Shown here in pieces: positions 7,926 through 16,981 of a stretch of DNA of 64,000 nucleotides. A model generated the notes under the pieces. That model worked only from the letters and a program-made list of their open reading frames with translations. It did no database searches and was not told where the DNA came from. The first letter of the stretch is position 1, and each line of letters starts with the position of its first letter. Source of the stretch: Enterobacter phage vB_ExiM_F4M1E. The DNA lies in the sequence record OL744216.1; one strand, written 5' to 3'. The position numbers were made by a program, and so were the translations under genes.

Positions 7926-8361
7926 ATGGTTGGTATGGATCGTGGTAGTAATCCAGGTGGGACAGAGAGTTTCTGAGCACGGTCATATGGATACCTGTCC
8001 ATTCCGACTGTGTGGTGGGGTAATTGGCAACCCAATCCTGAAGACGTGCTTTCAGGACCGGATACTCAACACCGACCTTACCGTGTTTGGTTCGACACAT
8101 CACAATACTGTGGCACAGTTGTCGATAGGCGGTCTCCCGCTCCAACCTGGCGACATACTCCTCGTTGCCTCTCTTCATACGGGCAATCTCCGCATTGAGT
8201 TTACGGCGCTCCCGGAGGTCAGCGCTCCACAGGTGAGCCACGGTAGGCGCAGTTTGGATGTAAGTGATGTGCCTCTTTGGCGTGGGTCCGTACATAGGTG
8301 TTCCTCTTTGGTATGTTTTGGAATATGTGGGGAGTATACGGGAGTTTTGGGAAGAGGTCAA
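7924..8361 (-). CDS. hypothetical protein (145 aa)
   Basis: ORF at the distal end of the minus-strand block; preferred over the antisense 7834..8424. Confidence 0.45.
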   Translation of the reverse strand: MTSSQNSRILPTYSKTYQRGTPMYGPTPKRHITYIQTAPTVAHLWSADLRERRKLNAEIARMKRGNEEYVARLERETAYRQLCHSIVMCRTKHGKVGVEYPVLKARLQDWVANYPTTQSEWTGIHMTVLRNSLSHLDYYHDPYQP

Positions 8362-8377
8362 GGGCCTTTCGGCCCTT

Positions 8378-8713
8378 TTATACGATTTCGAAGGATTTTC
8401 GGAACAGGTTCATGTGGTCATTGAGGAATACCCATGTGGCACTGTCTCCCTGCTCATAATCGTCGTTGTACACAACCACGACATCATATGGTGGGAATTT
8501 CTCAGCGTATGTGGTGGTCCGGAACCTGTAGACCTGCCCAACCTGGAATCCATGCCCGTTGTGCTCAAGGCACCGGGCAACCCCGAACTCCGGCACCGGG
8601 AAGTAGAGTTGCCTCCACTCGGGCCTCCTGGGCCGGGCCTTCAGGTTCCACCGGGTAGCAAGTTTGCACGGGATTCGACTCATAGGTAGTCCTCTAAAAT
8701 TTGGAGATACCAT
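8378..8713 (-). CDS. hypothetical protein (111 aa)
   Basis: ORF. Confidence 0.45.
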   Translation of the reverse strand: MVSPNFRGLPMSRIPCKLATRWNLKARPRRPEWRQLYFPVPEFGVARCLEHNGHGFQVGQVYRFRTTTYAEKFPPYDVVVVYNDDYEQGDSATWVFLNDHMNLFRKSFEIV

Positions 8714-8937
8714 CCAGACAGGTCCGGGCGTAACGGGTTTATTGGGCCATCATCGTGGATAAGGTAGATGACACCATCTGTGCCCTCGAAGATACGTAGG
8801 CCACAGTCTACCGCCAGATAGCGGATCTCCTTTTGGGTGTACCCATATTGTGGATAGAGCACACCAGTTTTTGGGCAGACCTCCTTACTCATTGGATTCG
8901 GCCCCCGCCTGATAAGCGTCCCACAAATCCTCGACAT
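8680..8937 (-). CDS. hypothetical protein (85 aa)
   Basis: ORF. Confidence 0.45.
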   Translation of the reverse strand: MSRICGTLIRRGPNPMSKEVCPKTGVLYPQYGYTQKEIRYLAVDCGLRIFEGTDGVIYLIHDDGPINPLRPDLSGWYLQILEDYL

Positions 8938-9124
8938 ACTGCTTGTCCGGGTGGTCAGACGGCTCGTACCCGGTAAGGTCCTCGAAGAAGTCGTTGAACT
9001 TGTCTCGCAGGGTCCGGGGCGACCAATCAGGAACCCCGGTATAGTCTAAATCATAAGACATAAAAACTCCTATAGGTTTCGGAAACCGTTGATGACGTGA
9101 TCTCCCAATGCCCCGCCAACCCAC
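8885..9124 (-). CDS. hypothetical acidic protein (79 aa)
   Basis: ORF. Confidence 0.45.
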   Translation of the reverse strand: MGWRGIGRSRHQRFPKPIGVFMSYDLDYTGVPDWSPRTLRDKFNDFFEDLTGYEPSDHPDKQYVEDLWDAYQAGAESNE

Positions 9125-9390
9125 AGTCGATAGAGGTTGTGCTCTCGACGCAGGACCTTTCCGTACACCGACATTCCCGGTTTGAACTCGTCGTACTTGT
9201 AGCCGTCCTCATCCTGATACCAGACACGGATAGTCAGACCCTTTTCCCAGCAGCGGTCCAAGAGGGCCATCTGGTAGGTATGAACATCATTGAGGCCCTC
9301 CTTGAAGATGAGGTAATCGGTATACGAAAACGACGAATGCACGTTGAACCGGGTCGGCGCATCCGACGGATGAAAGTTTACAATATTCAC
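9070..9390 (-). CDS. hypothetical protein (106 aa)
   Basis: ORF. Confidence 0.5.
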   Translation of the reverse strand: MNIVNFHPSDAPTRFNVHSSFSYTDYLIFKEGLNDVHTYQMALLDRCWEKGLTIRVWYQDEDGYKYDEFKPGMSVYGKVLRREHNLYRLWVGGALGDHVINGFRNL

Positions 9391-9426
9391 AGGAACTCCT
9401 TAGTTATCAACAGGTTCGCCACATTT

Positions 9427-9618
9427 CTACAACACCGACGGGGGTGTGTAGTCGCATTCCAGCAAGGCCAAAAGCTGGTTCAGCTTCAGGTGCCCAGTGA
9501 TTACGTGTTTCTCTTCCGACAAATCTTCTTTTGAAGTCAGGAAGACAACGGTGATCGGCAGCGAACGCTCACAGGACTGATAGAAGTGAGTCAGCACTTT
9601 GTCATTTCTCATCAGCAA
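9427..9618 (-). CDS. hypothetical protein (63 aa)
   Basis: ORF. Confidence 0.4.
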   Translation of the reverse strand: MLMRNDKVLTHFYQSCERSLPITVVFLTSKEDLSEEKHVITGHLKLNQLLALLECDYTPPSVL

Positions 9619-9818
9619 TCCCCCAGACGACGCATGAAGCTGGCTACATCATCTTCGTCCGCCGGGCGGACCGTGCAGGTCACCGGAAGGCTGCGGTTCC
9701 AGAAGCGAGCCGCCAGTGCCGCCGTGCGGTGGTTAAATGACAGCAACATAACGTCGCCATTACTGTCAACAACCACGTGGGGTAAGTTGAAAGTTTCTTC
9801 GCTTGGTGTGTAACTCAT
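9612..9818 (-). CDS. hypothetical protein (68 aa)
   Basis: ORF. Confidence 0.4.
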   Translation of the reverse strand: MSYTPSEETFNLPHVVVDSNGDVMLLSFNHRTAALAARFWNRSLPVTCTVRPADEDDVASFMRRLGDC

Positions 9819-10138
9819 TGTTTATCCTCCAATTCCGCCAATCGGGCGGTGTCTCGTGCGATACGTTCTTTGAGCAGGGCAATCTCCCGATCGCGGTGCT
9901 CCTCGTCTGTTGCCAGAGGGTACTCCACAACCAGTCCGGTAGACAGGATCTTCAGTTCGGTACGGTGCCCGTTAGCGTAGTGAATGATGCGGGTCCCAGC
10001 CTTGTACATCTTCTCTAAATCCTTCATAGACCCTCCACAATGGTGCAGTACCCGGCGAAGATGAAGATCGACGCCAGCAGTGCCCAAGACAGCCATGCGT
10101 ACCACGCAGGCCACAGCAGGTAGTCGCAGTTTTCCCAT
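9815..10138 (-). CDS. hypothetical protein (107 aa), coiled-coil C-terminus
   Basis: ORF. Confidence 0.5.
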   Translation of the reverse strand: MGKLRLPAVACVVRMAVLGTAGVDLHLRRVLHHCGGSMKDLEKMYKAGTRIIHYANGHRTELKILSTGLVVEYPLATDEEHRDREIALLKERIARDTARLAELEDKQ

Positions 10139-10157
10139 GCGGCGTTAGGGTTGTCTT

Positions 10158-10343
10158 TCATTCTTGTATTCCTCTCTCCTCCGCTTCCCGCAGAAGCTCT
10201 GCCAGTACGCTTTCCGGACCACCGTCTGACCCCTTACGCTGCCAAGTAACGCTCACCTTAGTAAGCTGGATGTACAGGCAAAGTTGTTCGTCAGACAGGG
10301 CCTTGATCCTTCCCTTCAGTAGTTCCAGTTCTTCGTTTGTCAT
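10158..10343 (-). CDS. hypothetical protein (61 aa)
   Basis: ORF. Confidence 0.4.
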   Translation of the reverse strand: MTNEELELLKGRIKALSDEQLCLYIQLTKVSVTWQRKGSDGGPESVLAELLREAEERGIQE

Positions 10344-10445
10344 AGTTGCTCCCCTCTTCAGTCAATATGCTCAATATACACCCATATGTTTATGCTGTAA
10401 ACATGTTTTGAGGTATTTGTCGAAAAAAGTGCATTTCTTAAACAT

Positions 10446-10464
10446 AAAAACCGCCCGAAGGCGG
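10446..10464 (-). terminator. rho-independent terminator (ccgcccgaaggcgg family)
   Basis: aaaaa then ccgcccgaaggcgg; downstream of the minus gene ending at 10466. Confidence 0.55.
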
Positions 10465-10465
10465 C

Positions 10466-10668
10466 TTATTTGCGGAAGATTTCCACCTTTGTCGGGATGT
10501 AGTGGCCCGGCGGGTTCAGCGGGTGTCGGTAGCAGTCGAAGTCCTCCGGGTTGTCGTTCGACTTCAGGATCGCTTCACGAACAAACGGCAGGCTGCTGAA
10601 CATGCCCCAGTCCACGTCAGTCTGCCCCATCTCTTCTCGCATACTGACGTGGAACAACTGGTAAACGT
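10466..10668 (-). CDS. hypothetical protein (~67 aa)
   Basis: start at the internal Met MKAYVYQLF of track ORF 10466..10771; avoids overlap with the next gene. Confidence 0.4.
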
Positions 10669-10679
10669 ATGCTTTCATA

Positions 10680-11183
10680 TCACTCCCCGTATTTCGCTTT
10701 GAGGCGGGCCAACTGGGCGCGTTCCTCGATCTCCCGACGTTCAGCCGCCTGCTGCTCTGCCTTCTCTGCACGAAGGCGCTGTGCCTCCCGATGGTCTACC
10801 AAACGAGCGTCGTACTTGCGCTTGGCGATGATCTCAGCATCCTCCAGCATCAACTGACGTTCGGCAGAATATTTCTCGTAGTCTTCGTCAGAGATTTCAT
10901 CCACCGCATAAGAAGACCCGAAGTAGCCGTTAATGCCCAGAGTTATGTCCGCCCCGGCGGTAAACTCGTAGTCCTTGTTCAGGCTACGATCCTGGGCCAC
11001 AGTGTCCAGATAGATGGCATGGGCCAGTAACTCAATTGCCTGTTCCCGAGACTGAGTTGACTGAAGAGTCATGTCACTGTCAGTGCGGCCTTCACAGTAG
11101 CCGCCACGGTAGACGGCATCGTTTTCACGGTAAGAAATAATTGTGTACATATTAACCTCCGCAGTATTTGTTAACTGGTTCAC
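10680..11183 (-). CDS. hypothetical protein (167 aa), Glu/Arg-rich coiled-coil tail
   Basis: ORF. Confidence 0.5.
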   Translation of the reverse strand: MNQLTNTAEVNMYTIISYRENDAVYRGGYCEGRTDSDMTLQSTQSREQAIELLAHAIYLDTVAQDRSLNKDYEFTAGADITLGINGYFGSSYAVDEISDEDYEKYSAERQLMLEDAEIIAKRKYDARLVDHREAQRLRAEKAEQQAAERREIEERAQLARLKAKYGE

Positions 11184-11556
11184 CGTTGATGTCCAAATCG
11201 GTGATTACGTGTTGAGGGCCAGTATAGTCCTCTGCCAGTTTCTTTGCAACCCTTTTCGCCTCTTCCAAGGTTTCAAAATCCTTGATGTCTGGGTCGCCAT
11301 GGGCATAATTCTGTTGAACGTACTGCCAGAAAGGCCACCAGAATCCACGATTATACTTCACCCGGAAATACTCAACCACCCGCCCGTTGGCGAAGGTCTT
11401 CACGTTCTTCTCGATCAGGATCTTCATTTCTGTCTCCCACGTGTAAATATTTTGAAGTTTTGTGCAGAAAAGTCCCGGAATTTTGACTTTTACGTGCAAA
11501 AACGGCACATTTTTACCCGATTTGTGCAGAGTACATGAAAATAGGGTTGAAATCAA
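11152..11556 (-). CDS. hypothetical protein (134 aa)
   Basis: ORF. Confidence 0.5.
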   Translation of the reverse strand: MISTLFSCTLHKSGKNVPFLHVKVKIPGLFCTKLQNIYTWETEMKILIEKNVKTFANGRVVEYFRVKYNRGFWWPFWQYVQQNYAHGDPDIKDFETLEEAKRVAKKLAEDYTGPQHVITDLDINGEPVNKYCGG

Positions 11557-11562
11557 CCCTTT

Positions 11563-11778
11563 TCACAGTTTTATGCCTGTCTTGGCCTGCCAAGAGACCT
11601 GGAGGTTGATCTGCTCGATTACGTACTCCAATTGTTCCGGAAATAGCATCGAGAAGAAATCCCTCTCCTCTGGGTCGTCGAGGAAGTCCGGCTCCATGTC
11701 TTCGATGTACTGAACCACCTCTTCCATCGCCAAAAAGGCCACTTTGAAACCTTTGTATTGCAATTCTACCAGCTTCAT
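11563..11778 (-). CDS. hypothetical acidic protein (71 aa)
   Basis: ORF. Confidence 0.45.
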   Translation of the reverse strand: MKLVELQYKGFKVAFLAMEEVVQYIEDMEPDFLDDPEERDFFSMLFPEQLEYVIEQINLQVSWQAKTGIKL

Positions 11779-12062
11779 ACCGCCACAAACCCATCTTCGT
11801 TCATAAGCACGTGATTCGGTGCCCAGAAGTTGTGCCGGGACTCAAGCCACAGGTAGAACCGCCGCTTACTTGACAGCGGATGCGGATCTGTCTCGTAGGA
11901 AACGAGGGCCGTTCGGCCCTTATTCTTCCCACGCAGAATACGCACACGCTGATCCTTTTTCCACTGGCACGGCACCCGTGGAGAGTCGTAGCATTTAGGC
12001 AGACATTCCATGATATGGCCCCTTTCCGCAGAACTTTTCCCAGAGTGCAGAGTCAACACCAT
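11775..12062 (-). CDS. hypothetical protein (95 aa; start may be an internal Met at 12011)
   Basis: ORF. Confidence 0.4.
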   Translation of the reverse strand: MVLTLHSGKSSAERGHIMECLPKCYDSPRVPCQWKKDQRVRILRGKNKGRTALVSYETDPHPLSSKRRFYLWLESRHNFWAPNHVLMNEDGFVAV

Positions 12063-12507
12063 GCAGGCCCGGCAGCAGTTCCGTGATTTGTGATGTAATG
12101 CCGGGGTACAGAAACTCCAGCATCTCCAGTTCTTCGTTCTGAATGTCTCGGCAATCCATGAAGAACTCTGTCATCTTTATCGGCGGTTGCCACACCTTCC
12201 CGATCCTGCGTTTCAGGAATACATCACCACCCGGCATAGCCATCCATGTGATTCTGTCCAGCTTCCCCGTTGTGGAAATACTGAAGTGTGTTGGGACCGA
12301 TGTGACTGTGCCACCCAAGTACGGACCAACATCGAAGCGGAACTTAATGGCAGGTTTGCCGACGTTCTGCACGACACGGTTATCCTTGCGGTAGCCTCCA
12401 TTGCCTGTAAAGATCAGATTCCCGACGTATTTACGCCGGGTGAGGTCTCTCCATGTCCACTCCTTAAACAGCTTGTGCAGAGTGGTTTTAGTCATCCGTG
12501 GAATCAT
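11995..12507 (-). CDS. hypothetical protein (~170 aa)
   Basis: internal start with strong aggagga SD before ATG at 12507; track ORF 11995..12618. Confidence 0.45.
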   Translation of the reverse strand: MIPRMTKTTLHKLFKEWTWRDLTRRKYVGNLIFTGNGGYRKDNRVVQNVGKPAIKFRFDVGPYLGGTVTSVPTHFSISTTGKLDRITWMAMPGGDVFLKRRIGKVWQPPIKMTEFFMDCRDIQNEELEMLEFLYPGITSQITELLPGLHGVDSALWEKFCGKGPYHGMSA

Positions 12508-12718
12508 CACTTTCCTCCGGCAGGATCTCAAATTTTGCCACACCCAGCACCACCACGTGACCCAGCGACAGGACCCCGGTCCACGGAGATCCGTCACGCT
12601 TAGGGCGGGTCCCTTCAACGTCGCAGAAGCCGTTTTTAAGCTCGGTTGAAGTGAAAACCTGCCCCTTTGGAAACACTTTGTTGAAGTCCGTGATCACGTT
12701 CGTACATTTCAGCTTCAC
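12488..12718 (-). CDS. hypothetical protein (76 aa)
   Basis: ORF. Confidence 0.4.
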   Translation of the reverse strand: MKLKCTNVITDFNKVFPKGQVFTSTELKNGFCDVEGTRPKRDGSPWTGVLSLGHVVVLGVAKFEILPEESDDSTDD

Positions 12719-12968
12719 GATTCATCTCCTCATATTCAATAGCCACGGCTTTCTGCCACTCTTTTACGTGCGGGGTCAGTGCCTCTGCCACAAGGCAGGC
12801 CCGCTGACGCAGAACTTCAGAAAACTTACCGGAGTTCTGTGTTTCCTGCGTGATGGCAGACACCTCAATGTCCAAGCCTTTGCTGACAAAACCTTTGTAG
12901 TACATGTCGTGCGCCTGCACGGCGATGGCCTCCCAAAGGTGCCAGTGCATATCTTCTACTTGCATCAA
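12636..12968 (-). CDS. hypothetical protein (110 aa)
   Basis: ORF. Confidence 0.45.
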   Translation of the reverse strand: MMQVEDMHWHLWEAIAVQAHDMYYKGFVSKGLDIEVSAITQETQNSGKFSEVLRQRACLVAEALTPHVKEWQKAVAIEYEEMNREAEMYERDHGLQQSVSKGAGFHFNRA

Positions 12969-13198
12969 TAAACCCTCCTTCCGGTTTCCAAAGACATTTC
13001 GATCGCCTCGATATCGTGAGAGGCGGCAGTTAGCTCCGCAGAGTGCTCAACACGCTGCCACGGGGTGTACTCGTCAGTGTAGACATTTACCTTGCTTGCC
13101 TTGCCGAGCCAATCTTTTAAGAGCAAAAGCTCCAGTTTCAACTGCTGGCGCTCGTAATTATCCAGCACCTTCCCATCAGGGATATTACTGTTCGACAT
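12965..13198 (-). CDS. hypothetical protein (77 aa)
   Basis: ORF. Confidence 0.45.
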   Translation of the reverse strand: MSNSNIPDGKVLDNYERQQLKLELLLLKDWLGKASKVNVYTDEYTPWQRVEHSAELTAASHDIEAIEMSLETGRRVY

Positions 13199-13298
13199 AA
13201 CCCTCCCGTATCCCCTTCAGAGGATAATCAATGACTTATCCCCTCCGGGGGATAACCTACACAACCAGTATACACGAGCAGACTCAGATTGCAAGCAA

Positions 13299-13322
13299 TA
13301 AAAAACCGCCCGAAGGCGGTTT
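13299..13322 (-). terminator. rho-independent terminator
   Basis: aaaaaa then ccgcccgaaggcgg then tt. Confidence 0.55.
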
Positions 13323-14472
13323 AAATAACAAGGCTTGTGTCCAAAGGCACATAGGTATCAACCCTTGTCCCTCCCACACCGGGAAGAGTTCCTGCTGTCC
13401 CTCCTGAGTCCTGCCCTGTTCCGTAGAGGTTTCCGTCAATCAGCAGGTAAGATACTGAGTAATTTGATCTCATGGAGTGATAATCACCCTGTAAGGTGCT
13501 CGAAGGCATCGCCGTAAAAGAGTACCTCTGTGCCTGGGAAGGTCCCGTCCCTTGACTTTGACCACTGTTTGTCCCTGTGTAGTAAAGCACCCCTGTGACC
13601 GGATGGGTTACCCTTGCCGAGTAAAGACCTGTATAAATTACAGGCACGCCCTTGCTCCGATCGGATATGTTCTGCCACACCGCCGTCGGGTTTCGGTAAC
13701 TTGCATCACCAGTGGAACCTGTCCCCAGACTTCCTCCAAAGTGACGACCTTGGACATAAGTGGCATAAACAGACCCTGTATCCACAATCATAAAGACCCC
13801 AGTGTGTCCCGGGAAGAAGTCTTTTGTGATGAGGGATTGCAGTGCCCATGTACTAACTGCACCGCTGATAGACCCAGCCTGTCCGTAGTCAGACGACCCT
13901 GCCACATAAAAATGGCCACTTTTTCTGAGGAGGTAGGAGGTATCTGTGGAACCTTGGTCAAATGCAATTTTCTCAACGTCAGTGAAGTCATTCCTCATGG
14001 TCAGGGTTCTGACTTGATCGGCATTACCTTGTCCCAAACCTCCACTGTTATTCCTTCCACACATGGCGTACTGCCCATCTGTAAAGACCACAGCAAGAGA
14101 CCTGAACCCCAGAGAAACCTCTTTGATAGACAACCCTTCCGGATAGGTCATGTACTCAGAGACATCAGTCAGCCCTTGTATAACGGAGCCAAGGGCAGTG
14201 GGGAACATCTCGTTTGAACCCACGAACATCCACCTGCCGTCCTTCATCCTCATCAGCACTTGACGGTGAGCCATCCAAAAGTCTTCAACCCCTCCGGCGA
14301 GGAGGGTCCAAGTCTTGACAGCACCTCCAGTACCGCTGATATACAGGTCACCAATAACGTACAAATTGCCAGAATTTGCAAGTGCCCCTATTCCTGTCGA
14401 GGATGTCCCGATCTTTAGGATATTCCCCCCGGGGACAGGAGTTTTACCCCCTGCCAGCATAAGTTCAATCAT
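13321..14472 (-). CDS. RCC1-like repeat (beta-propeller) protein, paralog A
   Basis: repeated G-x-x-G-(Q)-x-G motifs (SGGLGQGN, YGQAGS, GGSLGTGS); N-terminus MIELMLAGGKTPVPGG matches the neighbour; ggagga SD before ATG 14472. Confidence 0.55.
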   Translation of the reverse strand: MIELMLAGGKTPVPGGNILKIGTSSTGIGALANSGNLYVIGDLYISGTGGAVKTWTLLAGGVEDFWMAHRQVLMRMKDGRWMFVGSNEMFPTALGSVIQGLTDVSEYMTYPEGLSIKEVSLGFRSLAVVFTDGQYAMCGRNNSGGLGQGNADQVRTLTMRNDFTDVEKIAFDQGSTDTSYLLRKSGHFYVAGSSDYGQAGSISGAVSTWALQSLITKDFFPGHTGVFMIVDTGSVYATYVQGRHFGGSLGTGSTGDASYRNPTAVWQNISDRSKGVPVIYTGLYSARVTHPVTGVLYYTGTNSGQSQGTGPSQAQRYSFTAMPSSTLQGDYHSMRSNYSVSYLLIDGNLYGTGQDSGGTAGTLPGVGGTRVDTYVPLDTSLVI

Positions 14473-14486
14473 GTCATCCTCCGATA

Positions 14487-15650
14487 TCAAACCAGCGCAG
14501 ACGTATCAAGTTCTTGGAACTCCCTGAGTTGCCCGGGAGGATGTCCCGGCAGAAGGCCGTCAGAAGTATTACCTGCCCCGTACAGCCGCCCATCGTCAAT
14601 ATAATACGACTGGTAGAAAGACCCACGAGAGCACGTCCAGTTTTTTGTTGGGTTCTGGGTTGCAACAGGCATCTCTGTGAATACCCCTAAGTATGCCCCG
14701 GAGTTCCAGTTTGGTGCTCCGTTTGCCGCAGAGTTATTCCCTGTGTGGTTCCAGAGACCATTTGTACCCCACACTTTTGCCATATACACCCCCATCACAA
14801 ACGGGGAATCTTCAATCGCCACAGAAGGTGCCGCCACTAAGGCCGATTGGGGGTACGCCGAGTTCGATCCGTTACCCCTTCCGATTGACCCTTGCGACTG
14901 GAATCCGTTGGACCAGATCTGGTGGTAATTCGGTATTGTTGCGTGACGACGACGGACAAAGAGGGCTTGGTTACCGCCAATAATTTCCGCATTCAGTGTG
15001 TGGGTGACAGTCGATATGAATGTCAGGGCGGTATTGTTGGCAAGAGTCCCTCCAAGCTGACCTTGGCTCCCGTTTCCCCATCCCCCAACCCTGCCATCCT
15101 CCAGCAACACATAAGTAGTATCGATGGTGGAATAATCCAGTGCAAACTGAACTATTGGAGATGGCCCATTTATCGCGCTCCAATAGTTCTTCCCTGTGGA
15201 GGTTGAGCCGAGACCACATCCACCGTTGGAGTTCAAACCCCGAAGCCTGAGCATACCAGAAGTGTATAGAACACCAATGGTCGTATGTGAGATGTCCCAC
15301 TGTTTAATTTCCAGCGCCCCGAGGATCTCCATTAGGCTTGTTACATCCGTTGGGGTGTACAGGTTTGTCGCCAAGGAGGCAAAATAGTTATTGACCCCCA
15401 CGAACATCCACCTGTCAAAGGAAGTCCTCCACAGGATGGCCCTGTAACCACATCGGAAATCGGCGACACCTGTTGCCAAAAGCGTCCACTCAGTGACTTT
15501 GGCTCCGGTCCCGCTGGTGTACAGGTTAGAGATTGTGTACATGTTCCCCGTGTCTGTCAGGGCAACAATCCCGCCATCCACTGTGCCAATCTTGGCTATT
15601 TTCCCCGGCGGTGCCGGGACCTTACCCCCGGTCATCATCAATTCGATCAT
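14487..15650 (-). CDS. RCC1-like repeat (beta-propeller) protein, paralog B
   Basis: GWGNGSQGQLGG-type repeats; N-terminus MIELMMTGGKVPAPPG; aggagga SD. Confidence 0.55.
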   Translation of the reverse strand: MIELMMTGGKVPAPPGKIAKIGTVDGGIVALTDTGNMYTISNLYTSGTGAKVTEWTLLATGVADFRCGYRAILWRTSFDRWMFVGVNNYFASLATNLYTPTDVTSLMEILGALEIKQWDISHTTIGVLYTSGMLRLRGLNSNGGCGLGSTSTGKNYWSAINGPSPIVQFALDYSTIDTTYVLLEDGRVGGWGNGSQGQLGGTLANNTALTFISTVTHTLNAEIIGGNQALFVRRRHATIPNYHQIWSNGFQSQGSIGRGNGSNSAYPQSALVAAPSVAIEDSPFVMGVYMAKVWGTNGLWNHTGNNSAANGAPNWNSGAYLGVFTEMPVATQNPTKNWTCSRGSFYQSYYIDDGRLYGAGNTSDGLLPGHPPGQLREFQELDTSALV

Positions 15651-15814
15651 AAATCCTCCTGTGAAAAGGTAATTTTATCACACATCCCTGTGAAATTCAC
15701 CTTACAGGGGTGCAATATCTGACTCAGGCACTTCCTGAATCACAGGTCGCCCACCGATATTTACCTCAACATACCAGTTCTCTGTATCAATAACCGCAGA
15801 AAGAGTCTTCCCGG

Positions 15815-16315
15815 TCAGACCTTCAAATGGGCCGGAGATGAATCGGATTTGTTGATATTCACTAAGTGACATTTATCTTCCTCGTTAATAAACAAAGACA
15901 TATCTGTCTTAAAGTCGTATTCTCTACGCCAAAAGACAGCCATAGTTTCGATGATTTGCGTCCCGTACATCGTACTGATGAACGAAATATCACCGTAGGT
16001 TAATTCCTTGCCAACAGGCAAGGAATCATAGAAGTGCCTCGGGACCGGAGACCAGAACTCAATACCCTTCCAGAAGAACTGGGCCTTTTGGTGCGTTCTC
16101 TCGTCGAAGGCATATTTATCCCAAGCATCTCTCCCTGCCATCCCGTCTCTTCCAGTCATGCCCATAGGGCCAGTTGGGCCGGGAGGTCCGGGTCTGGTAG
16201 CAATCTCAGCGGCAGCTATGTCCCGGATGCCAGTAAAGATCTCCCCTATGGTAACTTTGTACCCCTCCTTGTTAAGCACCTCAGAAAGGGCATCACAAAG
16301 ATTAAAGTTATCCAA
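15815..16315 (-). CDS. hypothetical protein with short collagen-like G-X-Y run (TTG start in track)
   Basis: GPPGPTGPMGMTGRDGMAGRD in the N-terminal third. Confidence 0.4.
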   Translation of the reverse strand: MDNFNLCDALSEVLNKEGYKVTIGEIFTGIRDIAAAEIATRPGPPGPTGPMGMTGRDGMAGRDAWDKYAFDERTHQKAQFFWKGIEFWSPVPRHFYDSLPVGKELTYGDISFISTMYGTQIIETMAVFWRREYDFKTDMSLFINEEDKCHLVNINKSDSSPAHLKV

Positions 16316-16511
16316 AGATCATCCCCCCGAAGAAGAATACCAATGTATAATAGATTGGAAGCCCCACCAGTATGAATCCGAAGAGGCCCAAGAGTCCTAC
16401 GATCACACTCTCCGCCTTATCGAGGCTCCAATAGATCGTAAAAACCAACCCAAAGCCGGGGATTACCCCGCCAAAAACCCACATGTACACCATCATCAAC
16501 GTAGGCATCAT
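16308..16511 (-). CDS. small integral membrane protein (67 aa)
   Basis: two long hydrophobic helices. Confidence 0.45.
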   Translation of the reverse strand: MMPTLMMVYMWVFGGVIPGFGLVFTIYWSLDKAESVIVGLLGLFGFILVGLPIYYTLVFFFGGMIFG

Positions 16512-16894
16512 TTAATCCCCTTCACGCCATCAAGTCGGTCGATCTCCTCACGTACCGCATCTGCGTAGTCCTTGTCAACAGTGACGACGATCACCTCGGT
16601 GGTTTGGATCTTCTTCCATCGACGGAAGAACGTTGCCAAGGACAGGTCATGACGACTTGACGGGAAGTCGTCGTCGGTCTTGTACACATAGCCTGATTCT
16701 ACCTTCACCACAGCATCATCTGCCGGGTTGTCGTAGTCTTCCTGCTCAACGCCGTCGAACGTGATCAGAACGTCATCATGGTAATGACCTTTCCAGTATT
16801 CTTCGTCGTTGTAAAACTGTTTCCAGAGGGCACCTTGTACTTTCATTTGAGTTCTCCGATAAAGTTTGCGACGGGAATGCCCGTCAGGATTCAC
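16508..16894 (-). CDS. hypothetical protein (128 aa)
   Basis: ORF. Confidence 0.5.
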   Translation of the reverse strand: MNPDGHSRRKLYRRTQMKVQGALWKQFYNDEEYWKGHYHDDVLITFDGVEQEDYDNPADDAVVKVESGYVYKTDDDFPSSRHDLSLATFFRRWKKIQTTEVIVVTVDKDYADAVREEIDRLDGVKGIK

Positions 16895-16981
16895 CAGTCC
16901 GATTCTGAGAGGTTTTCTGGCAGAAGATGATAAATCACCTTACCTCGGTGCAAAACCTCTTAGAATGCGTTACAGAGCGTT

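Noticed and set aside
7834-8424. 196-aa plus-strand ORF
   Set aside because: Overlaps the minus-strand 145-aa ORF. The minus orientation is consistent with the terminator at 7902-7925 and with the surrounding minus-strand block; the plus ORF is Gly/Val-rich with no start context.
12143-12971. Plus-strand ORFs 12143..12394, 12187..12603, 12401..12649, 12651..12971
   Set aside because: Antisense to a continuous run of minus-strand genes with coupled starts and stops. No promoters.
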